Source of the DNA: a virus
Reading direction: 5' to 3' (one strand)
IMG/VR virus record: IMGVR_UViG_3300037277_000110
Coordinates: 9,800-73,799 of that record
Length of the DNA stretch: 64,000 nt
Shown here: piece after piece, positions 56,830 to 64,000 of the stretch
Numbering within the stretch: position 1 is the first letter of the stretch
Layout of the letters: every line of letters starts with the position of its first letter
Position numbers and translations under genes: made by a program
Notes under the pieces: generated by a model
What the model saw: the letters and a program-made list of their open reading frames with translations, nothing else
Database searches by the model: none
What the model was told of the DNA's origin: nothing

Positions 56830-57009
56830 ATGTGTCTATCTAAACGTAAGAAGGATGATTGTGTCGTATATCGGCGTAAAGGATGCTCATTAGCTGATGG
56901 GATACTTTGTAAATACGACACTTGTAAGAGACGGAATGAAGCCGGGATTCATATTGTGGAAAAGAATTTGTATATTCCGGAAGAGGAAAAATTGTTTTAT
57001 AAAAACTAA
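56830..57009 (+). CDS. Small Cys-rich protein (59 aa)
   Basis: Read by hand: MCLSKRKKDDCVVYRRKGCSLADGILCKYDTCKRRNEAGIHIVEKNLYIPEEEKLFYKN. Confidence 0.5.
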   Translation: MCLSKRKKDDCVVYRRKGCSLADGILCKYDTCKRRNEAGIHIVEKNLYIPEEEKLFYKN

Positions 57010-57028
57010 CCAACCAATACGGTAATAA

Positions 57029-57739
57029 ATGGAAGGATGGGTTAAATTTCATCGTAAATCTTACGAAAACTTTCTTTATAGGGAAAATAGACCTCATACG
57101 CGAAGGGAAGCTTGGGAGGATATAATAGCCTTAGTTAACCATGAAGATAGTTTCTGTCTTATTGGTAATGAAAAGATTACATGTAATCGTGGACAAAGTA
57201 TTAGGTCATTAGAGGGATGGGGAAAGTTGTTTAGGTGGGATAAGAGCAAGGTAAGGAGATTCCTTGATTTGTTAAATAAAGAGGAAATGGTCTTAATTGA
57301 AAATTTACATAAAACGACACGGATAACTGTTTGTAATTATGAAACTTACCAGAGTGACCAAAACGCATCTGAAACGCATCTGAAACGCAAACGACACGCA
57401 AACGACACGCGTCCGACACCAAACAAGAATGATAAGAATGATAAGAATAAAGAAACGTTTGATGCGTTTAGAAATAAATATCTCGGAACTAAACGCGGAC
57501 TAGACACTGAATTTGAAAACTTCCAAAAGCACGGCGATTGGCTTAATATACTTCCAGTTTTAGAGATAAAATTGTCCGGCCAAATTCAAGCGAGAGAACG
57601 CCAAAAGCAAAAAGGAGAATTTGTTCCTCATTGGAAAAACCTCAAGACGTGGATAAATCAAAGATGTTGGGAGGAAGAAATTGGCACAGAGTTAAGTTTA
57701 TTCCCTGTAAATCAAACTAAAAAAACTATTTTAAAATGA
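57029..57739 (+). CDS. Replication initiator (lambda O/DnaD-like)
   Basis: GWVKFHRK, RGQ...S, ITVCNYETYQ, TWINQRCWEEE; internal iterons; overlaps the dnaB-like gene. Confidence 0.8.
   Translation: MEGWVKFHRKSYENFLYRENRPHTRREAWEDIIALVNHEDSFCLIGNEKITCNRGQSIRSLEGWGKLFRWDKSKVRRFLDLLNKEEMVLIENLHKTTRITVCNYETYQSDQNASETHLKRKRHANDTRPTPNKNDKNDKNKETFDAFRNKYLGTKRGLDTEFENFQKHGDWLNILPVLEIKLSGQIQARERQKQKGEFVPHWKNLKTWINQRCWEEEIGTELSLFPVNQTKKTILK
57361..57448 (+). repeat. Iteron-like repeats, probable replication origin
   Basis: AAACGCATCTG x2, AAACGC, AAACGACACGC x2, then AAGAATGAT repeats, all inside the initiator gene. Confidence 0.65.
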
Positions 57740-59154
57740 AAAACAATATCGATTGTTATGGTAAAGTTCCCCCTCAGTGCGTTGACATAGAGGAAATGAT
57801 ATTAGGATCTTTACTCATAGAAGGCCAATCAATTGAGAAAATAAACATAAAACCCGAATATTTTTACAAAGACAATCACCAAAAGATTTTTGATGCCATT
57901 AAAAAATTAGACTTAAAAAACCAAGTTATAGATCAATTAACAGTATGCGAACAGCTAAGAAAAGATAATAATTTAGATGAAATTGGAGGTCCTTACTATA
58001 TTTCTACACTTACACTCAAGGTAGCATCTGCTTCACATATTGAATATCATTGTTTAATACTTGAAGATAAATTCATAAAGAGAGAATTTATAAGGATTTC
58101 TTCGGAAATAATGGATAAGTCATTTGATGACACTATAGATACTCAAGATGTTATTGATTTTGCTAACGATAGCATTGATAAAATATCATCAGTTACTAAT
58201 TCATCAGAATTTAAAAACTTTTCTGAAGTTTTAAAAGAGACTATTAATCAACTTAAAATTAGAGAAAAATTATATCGGGAAGGAAAAACAATAGGAATAA
58301 AAACTCCTGTTAAAAAATTAACCAAATATACTGGTGGATGGCAAAAAAAGGATTTAGTACTTATAGCTTCTAGACCATCTATGGGTAAAACGGCTTTAGC
58401 ATTAGAGGTACTTAAACATGCTGCCGAAGAAGGATATAATCCATGTATATTTTCTCTTGAAATGGATGCTGTTAGAATGGCGAATAGAATTATAATTGGA
58501 GATTCTGGTATTGATGCTGATAGCTTTAAATTTGGTTGTATTAATCATGAAGATTGGACAGCATTAGAAAAAAGTCTTACAAGATTATTGAAGTTAAATA
58601 TAACCATAGAAGATAGACCTGTTTCAATAAACCACATAAAAAACAGAGCCAGACAGCTTAAGAAGAAAGGGAAATGTGATTTAATAGTTATTGATTATCT
58701 TCAGTTAATGTCGTCTGATGTTAAAAACACTAACAGAGAACAAGAGGTCGCTTCAATATCAAGAAAATGTAAGCTTATAGCTATGGAGTTAGATCTTCCT
58801 GTGATATTACTTTCACAACTTAACCGGGATGTGGAAAAAAGATCTGACAAACGTCCTCAGTTATCAGATTTACGTGAATCCGGAGCTATTGAACAAGATG
58901 CAGACATTGTAATGTTTATTCATAGACCTGAATACTATGGAATTACAGAAGATGAACAAGGTAATCCACTTAATGGAAAATCATTTTTAATACTTGCTAA
59001 AAACCGGGATGGCCGGATTGGAGATATTGAATGTAGGTTCAATAAATCAATAACCGAAATATACGATTGGGACGATGATTATAATAATCAAGAAGTAGAT
59101 GTAAATATTAGGATTGAAGCAAATAAAGATTTTGATAATGAAAGACCTTTCTGA
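57736..59154 (+). CDS. dnaB: Replicative DNA helicase, DnaB family
   Basis: ASRPSMGKT, FSLEM, IVIDYLQLM, LSQLNR, RPQLSDLRESGAIEQDAD, AKNRDG. Confidence 0.95.
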   Translation: MKNNIDCYGKVPPQCVDIEEMILGSLLIEGQSIEKINIKPEYFYKDNHQKIFDAIKKLDLKNQVIDQLTVCEQLRKDNNLDEIGGPYYISTLTLKVASASHIEYHCLILEDKFIKREFIRISSEIMDKSFDDTIDTQDVIDFANDSIDKISSVTNSSEFKNFSEVLKETINQLKIREKLYREGKTIGIKTPVKKLTKYTGGWQKKDLVLIASRPSMGKTALALEVLKHAAEEGYNPCIFSLEMDAVRMANRIIIGDSGIDADSFKFGCINHEDWTALEKSLTRLLKLNITIEDRPVSINHIKNRARQLKKKGKCDLIVIDYLQLMSSDVKNTNREQEVASISRKCKLIAMELDLPVILLSQLNRDVEKRSDKRPQLSDLRESGAIEQDADIVMFIHRPEYYGITEDEQGNPLNGKSFLILAKNRDGRIGDIECRFNKSITEIYDWDDDYNNQEVDVNIRIEANKDFDNERPF

Positions 59155-59309
59155 TACTCCTAAATATTCCTACAAATATAACGGCAATTACACTAATGAG
59201 ATGTGTAAATTTAAGGATGTCGCCATTGGGAGTTTAAAATGTAAGACCTGTGAATCATGCCAGGGATTTAGTACTGTACATAGTTGGATAAAATGTAAAA
59301 GAATGAAAA

Positions 59310-59642
59310 ATGAGTAAGACACATTATCACACAAGTGACGGTCAGACATTTAATAATGACCAAATAAAAAAAATGGTTTCAAAAGCTAAGGAAGAAAAGC
59401 TTAGTGAACAGCTAAACGAGTACGCATTTAATTTTTGTGTTAAATGCCAAAATGAAGTGTTTGAGTTTTGTGAATGGGATGATTTGGAATACGGTATTTT
59501 AGATTGTTCCCATATCATAAGCGTAAAAGAAGCTAAGGAATCGGGCCGATCAGAACTTTGTTGGGATAAGGATAATATTCAGATTATTTGCCGTCATCAC
59601 CATAAGGAATTTGATAATAACCAACTAAAATTCAAAAAATGA
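59310..59642 (+). CDS. HNH/NinG-like nuclease
   Basis: CVKC, DCSHIIS, WDKDNIQIICRHHH. Confidence 0.6.
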   Translation: MSKTHYHTSDGQTFNNDQIKKMVSKAKEEKLSEQLNEYAFNFCVKCQNEVFEFCEWDDLEYGILDCSHIISVKEAKESGRSELCWDKDNIQIICRHHHKEFDNNQLKFKK

Positions 59643-60049
59643 TATACATAGGAATAGATCCAGACGTAACTAAATCGGGCGTAGCCTGTTGGAACAAATC
59701 AACTATGACCCTAACTGTTCAATGTTTAAAATTCTTTGAACTTTTTACCTATTTAAAAGACGTAGGCGGGCCGAATAAGATAATTATAGAGGCTGGGTGG
59801 CTTAATAAGAAATCTAATTACCACGGGGCTAAAAACCGGCAATACGGGGAATTAATCGCAAAACATGTTGGAAGAAATCATGAAGTAGGAATGAAAATTG
59901 CAGAAATGTGTGAATTTTTAGGTTTAAAATACGAGTTGTATAAACCGGATTCAGCTAAGACTTCGCCGGAGTATTTTGAAAGATTGACCGGGATTAAGAC
60001 TAAGAACCAAGAAAAAATTGATGCAGCAATGTTAGTATTTCAAAGATGA
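59639..60049 (+). CDS. RuvC-like Holliday junction resolvase
   Basis: IGIDPD..KSG, IIEAGW, EKIDAAML. Confidence 0.75.
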   Translation: MIYIGIDPDVTKSGVACWNKSTMTLTVQCLKFFELFTYLKDVGGPNKIIIEAGWLNKKSNYHGAKNRQYGELIAKHVGRNHEVGMKIAEMCEFLGLKYELYKPDSAKTSPEYFERLTGIKTKNQEKIDAAMLVFQR

Positions 60050-60187
60050 AATTTTGGTATCAAATAAACAGATGGCGCTATCGGATCGGTGAAATAACCG
60101 ATTACTACGGATTGTACGTAGAACTCAAAGACTCGGAAACGGGTGAATATGTGATTAAACATTGGACATTAATAGAACCAATTTAAT

Positions 60188-60379
60188 ATGGATGAATTTG
60201 GATTAATTAGATTAGAATGGAATAACTATAATGGGTTTATATTTCATTTATTACATTTTGAATGGAGTTCAGATAGTCACCAGTTTGAAGGCTCTTTATT
60301 AGGGTTTCATTGTTCAAGAACTCATTTAATATTTGAAATATTTTTTATATGGATTGAAATAAAAAGTCCATTTATCTAA
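60188..60379 (+). CDS. Small hydrophobic hypothetical protein
   Basis: 63 aa, aromatic-rich. Confidence 0.45.
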   Translation: MDEFGLIRLEWNNYNGFIFHLLHFEWSSDSHQFEGSLLGFHCSRTHLIFEIFFIWIEIKSPFI

Positions 60380-60389
60380 ATACAAAACT

Positions 60390-61091
60390 ATGCAGACACT
60401 AATTAAATCAGACGAGATAGATATTTCTCAGTTTATTGAGATAAGAAAAGCGAAGTCAGTAAAAATAATTAAAATGACAACTCCTAAACCTATATTTAAA
60501 AATAAGATTCCTAAAAAGGCTAGATTATCCGAAAGCGTTTACAGGATAGAGAAGATAAAAGCCGATCGTATTATTGATTTAGTTTGTAATTTCTATAAAG
60601 TAAGTAAATTAAATATAACTAACGAAGCTAATATTCATGGGGTTTTAATTGTCAAAGCCAAACATCAGGCTATGTATTTAATTTACGAATTAACGCAACT
60701 TGGAGAACCATCTATTGCATATATATTTAACCGAACTCACTGTACAGTTAGCCATGCTAAAAAAAGTGTTAATAATAGTATGTTATATCCCAAATACAAA
60801 AAAGAGTTTGAAGAATTAAAAGAAAAAGTCAATAAAACTATGAAAAATATAACCGTACACAAACTAAAAACTTGGCCGGTATACTTTGATGATATATTTA
60901 AAGGCCGTAAAAACTTTGATATCCGTAAGAATGATCGGGATTTTAAAGTAGGAGACGACTTGTTGCTTGAAGAATGGAACCCTGATATTCAAAAGTACAC
61001 TGGTAGACATTGCCACCGGGAAATAACTTACATCCTTAATGATAATCCATTCATAGAATTAGGAGAAAATGTCATCTTGTCTATTGTTTAA
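60390..61091 (+). CDS. DnaA C-terminal-like HTH domain fused to an ASCH/DUF3850 domain
   Basis: IIDLVCNFY...AKHQAMYL...IAYIFNRTHCTVSHA; then HKLKTWP.YF....GRKNFDIRKNDRDFKVGD.L.LEEW. Confidence 0.75.
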   Translation: MQTLIKSDEIDISQFIEIRKAKSVKIIKMTTPKPIFKNKIPKKARLSESVYRIEKIKADRIIDLVCNFYKVSKLNITNEANIHGVLIVKAKHQAMYLIYELTQLGEPSIAYIFNRTHCTVSHAKKSVNNSMLYPKYKKEFEELKEKVNKTMKNITVHKLKTWPVYFDDIFKGRKNFDIRKNDRDFKVGDDLLLEEWNPDIQKYTGRHCHREITYILNDNPFIELGENVILSIV

Positions 61092-61321
61092 TTTAAAAAT
61101 ATTACTATATTTGAGCCGTAAATATTTTTATTTATGTCTAATAATGAAACAAGTACCGGTTATATCAATCCGGAAGGTATCCAAAAAAACCTTCCATGTT
61201 CGTCTTAAAATAACCCGTGACGGAAAACCAGAAGAATTTGTGGTACTGCCTTCTAGCCTTTATACTGAAGTAAAAGATAATAAAAAACTTAAATCTCATA
61301 TCTTAACTTATATCGAATAAC

Positions 61322-61870
61322 ATGAACCAAAACGACATTCAAACGGGAGACACACTACTAATCAGAAACAAAAAAGACTTCATTAGCCGGACTATATGTG
61401 CTGTAATGAAGAAATGGGGAACTAAAAAAGGACTTCCTACCGATAAAATTTACTCTCACGCCGGTAGATTTGTCTGGATCGCCGGTAAACTTTACGTTTA
61501 TGGATCAATAGATTCAGGATACAAGCCTTGGTTATTTGACCTTCACTACAAATGGGATGATGATTTAATGGTTATGAGACGCAAAACTCCATTGTCTCTA
61601 CCTGAAATGGACCAGACTACTAATTTTTGCCTCCATCTTGTCACTATTTCCCGGATGTACCAGTACCTTAACTTCATCAAATGGTTAACATTAGTTTACC
61701 TGGGACTCAATATTTTTGGCAAGGAAAATGATCATGTGATGTACTGTTACGAATCGGAGCACCTGTGCCGAAAGAATCTAAACCCAGATAACTACGGCGA
61801 TATTTCTCAAACCGATATATTCCAGTTAGTTTATGATCCTAATTACGAAATAATATGGACAAACCAATAA
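61322..61870 (+). CDS. Permuted papain-like (NlpC/P60 YiiX/YebB-type) protein
   Basis: GDTLLIR...YSHAG...Y...YCYE, with His before Cys. Confidence 0.6.
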   Translation: MNQNDIQTGDTLLIRNKKDFISRTICAVMKKWGTKKGLPTDKIYSHAGRFVWIAGKLYVYGSIDSGYKPWLFDLHYKWDDDLMVMRRKTPLSLPEMDQTTNFCLHLVTISRMYQYLNFIKWLTLVYLGLNIFGKENDHVMYCYESEHLCRKNLNPDNYGDISQTDIFQLVYDPNYEIIWTNQ

Positions 61871-62014
61871 ATAACAACTGGCCTAAATATCCTGGTGAAG
61901 ATTCGGTTTTCATTAGGGAAGCTACTGAACAAGAATTAATGGACGATGCCAATAACAAAACCGGTGGAATCCAAAGCTGGTATACTAAAAAAGAATTAAC
62001 TAAAACGGGGAACT

Positions 62015-62224
62015 ATGACAGACGATTTAACAAAACAACTCGAACAACAAATGCAGTTAGACAAACAGGCTATCAAAATTAGATGCCTGGAACTGGCAAG
62101 CGATAAAACTATCGAAATACCAGTTCCACAAAATGGTAAATATAATTATTTAGCCAGCCGGGATCTAACAGCCGAAGAAATGATCAACTACGCCCAAAAA
62201 CTTTACGATTTTATAACATCTTAG
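62015..62224 (+). CDS. Hypothetical protein
   Basis: IRCLELA...AQKLYDFI. Confidence 0.55.
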   Translation: MTDDLTKQLEQQMQLDKQAIKIRCLELASDKTIEIPVPQNGKYNYLASRDLTAEEMINYAQKLYDFITS

Positions 62225-62245
62225 GAAAGGTTTGTTATTATGGTC

Positions 62246-62318
62246 GCCCTTGAAGCTCAATTGGCAGAGCAGATGATTTGTATTCATCGTGTTGAAGGTT
62301 CGACTCCTTCCTAGGGCT
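62246..62318 (+). tRNA. tRNA-Thr(UGU)
   Basis: GCCCTTG/CTAGGGC; GCTC-AATTGGCA-GAGC; GATGA-TTTGTAT-TCATC; GAAGG-TTCGACT-CCTTC. Confidence 0.9.
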
Positions 62319-62440
62319 CAGATTTGTATTCATAAAGTGTATTTTACCTAACCCTATTGCGAAATCCGGTTAGGTTTTTTCATTAAAAAAAAGACCATTT
62401 TTAAGCCCTCCATTAAACGATAAGTAAAAACTAATACTAA

Positions 62441-62665
62441 CTACAGTCCTAATTCATTAAGTAAATCCTTAATTAATTTAACAGGTAAATACATCCGTTC
62501 CTGCCCCCTCCCTCCATAATCATAATCCCATTCAAATTCTATTTCAATATCATCTCCCTGCTTTAAAGTTATTTTAAATTCCTCTTGCCTACGTTTATCC
62601 GTAATCCATATTTCGTTAGGCCATGTAGGTTGCCAATTTAATCTATCTATTTTTAACTCATTCAT
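62441..62665 (-). CDS. Hypothetical protein
   Basis: 74-aa ORF downstream of the HTH gene. Confidence 0.55.
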   Translation of the reverse strand: MNELKIDRLNWQPTWPNEIWITDKRRQEEFKITLKQGDDIEIEFEWDYDYGGRGQERMYLPVKLIKDLLNELGL

Positions 62666-62688
62666 TGTATCATCAGTTTAAGTTCATA

Positions 62689-62952
62689 CTATTTTACCCC
62701 TATTTTTGTTTCCCATAACTTAACACCTCCTATCCATTCTACGCGTAACTTAACCATAAGTTTTTCACAATATTTATCCTGCATCTCTGAACTTATTTTT
62801 CTTGTTCCTTTCTCATATTTATTCATAGTACTCTTGGATATTTTTAAATACTCTGACATTTCTTTCTGAGAAATCCTAATATAATTTCTTAATTCGACCA
62901 ATAATTCAAAAGTTGACATCTTGCCGGCGTTTTTCGTTATTTTATACGCCAA
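62689..62952 (-). CDS. XRE-family helix-turn-helix regulator
   Basis: LR....ISQKEMSEYLKISKSTMNKYEKG. Confidence 0.85.
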   Translation of the reverse strand: MAYKITKNAGKMSTFELLVELRNYIRISQKEMSEYLKISKSTMNKYEKGTRKISSEMQDKYCEKLMVKLRVEWIGGVKLWETKIGVK

Positions 62953-63692
62953 ATGTATAACTTTAATTCGACATATCCAAATTATTATAATAGGATGGAT
63001 GTTTAATAGTGCAGTTCGCTATATTAAAACCGGGGTATATCTCCCGCCCCCAAACTCAAATCTGCGAACCCCACCCCCCCCCATGATACATTTACTTTAC
63101 AACACATAATGCAATTGTGTTGGCTGTCACTGTTGATATACAAAGCGATTGTAAATGTACAATGTATTGTGTATTGTATGGCAGACAGGTATTAAAATTG
63201 AATTGTACAATCAATGTGAGGGCTGTAATGTGTTGAATGAAGATCAACGTTAATGATATCAATGTGAACAAACAGTAAAACAAAGTCTATTTAACATAAT
63301 GTAAATTATATAACAATGATGCTATCATTGGGCTACATGTATGGGTATTTTGGCTGATTCTTACAACCCTTATAAACACTGGGTTTTAAAATTGGGCCTA
63401 AATTATCGGATTATTTTATCTAAACATGAGTATTTGCGTGGGTTTAGTGTGTGTTTCGGGTTGTGCTAACTCCAAAATACTTACTAACTAGTAAGTAAAA
63501 TTGTGGTATTTTTTGACTATTTTAAACTGTTTCGCACCCTATTTTGATGTTTTTATGGTTATGTGTAAAATTATTTAAGTGATTTAATGTACGTTGCAAT
63601 GTTTATGTTTTTTAACATACAATTAAATTTTGCACATTTTTAAGATTAGTTTATATTTGTAGTGTGTTTAATGAGTACTAAAAATCTGAAGT

Positions 63693-63884
63693 ATGTTTGA
63701 CAGGAAAGAAATAATAGAAATGATCACAAGACAATATAATGTGTCTGAGAGTGCAAAGAAGTATGTACAGAACAAAATAAGTGTTACGTCTGACACTGAA
63801 GAGCTAATAAGGGAGTTTAATAAAGCAAGTTTAGGGAGTAAGTTAATGCCTTGTGGGTATAATAGATTTCAAATAACGTTTTAA
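63693..63884 (+). CDS. Small early-type hypothetical protein
   Basis: Follows a TATATTTG box (63652-63659); a further ORF starting at 63916 runs off the window. Confidence 0.5.
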   Translation: MFDRKEIIEMITRQYNVSESAKKYVQNKISVTSDTEELIREFNKASLGSKLMPCGYNRFQITF

Positions 63885-64000
63885 TACTATATTGTTTAAC
63901 CAAAAATCAAAAGTCATGAGTAAAAATGAATTAAAATTACGGACTCTTCAATTAAAGAAGAAAAGAGAAGCTAAGAAAGCTATGGTTTATGTGTATGCTT

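Noticed and set aside
62921-63283. ORFs 62921-63109 and 63092-63283
   Set aside because: Low-complexity translations across the poly-C/TG-rich non-coding region.
1-64000. Stop-codon reassignment, as seen in some crAss-like phages
   Set aside because: Large genes are intact in code 11, TAG and TGA act as stops at tight gene junctions, and no suppressor (CUA/UCA) anticodon was found; the TAG-anticodon tRNA is Leu.
1-64000. CRISPR array, diversity-generating retroelement, integrase or IS element
   Set aside because: No regularly spaced repeats, reverse transcriptase, recombinase or transposase motifs were recognised.

Overview
This window is most of a dsDNA phage genome, AT-rich and in standard genetic code 11. 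The host is very likely Bacteroidota, because TAnnTTTG promoter boxes sit in front of most operons and Shine-Dalgarno signals are weak. The minus strand (~57-49,560) carries a crAss-like podovirus virion module: terminase large subunit, portal, scaffold-like protein, major capsid, tail hub/fibre, four ring proteins, muzzle, three cargo proteins and a tandem GroES-like chaperone. It also carries a 10-gene glycan biosynthesis cluster (GT11 fusion, GT6, GT2, Stealth-like, FkbM methyltransferases). The plus strand (~49,660-62,320) carries a lambdoid-style replication/recombination arm: O-like initiator with iterons, DnaB, SSB-like, exonuclease, NinB/NinG-like and RuvC-like. No RNA polymerase, DNA polymerase, integrase or clear endolysin is recognisable. 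The most striking feature is at 38,344-39,064, where a seven-tRNA array (Leu, Leu, Phe, Ser, Tyr, Cys, Ser) lies behind a promoter, an unannotated 26-aa leader ORF and a terminator/antiterminator pair. Fifteen consecutive leader codons encode only Leu/Tyr/Cys/Ser/Phe, and together they call on every one of the seven tRNAs. This looks like a ribosome-stalling attenuator that switches on the phage tRNAs only when the matching host tRNAs are depleted. Other notable items are an 8-site palindromic operator (ATGTT-N4-AACAT), an attC-like cassette carrying a DNA methylase, a tRNA-like RNA with an expanded anticodon arm, and two further terminator/5'-pairing leaders. All protein calls come from motif recognition and gene order by eye; no searches were run.
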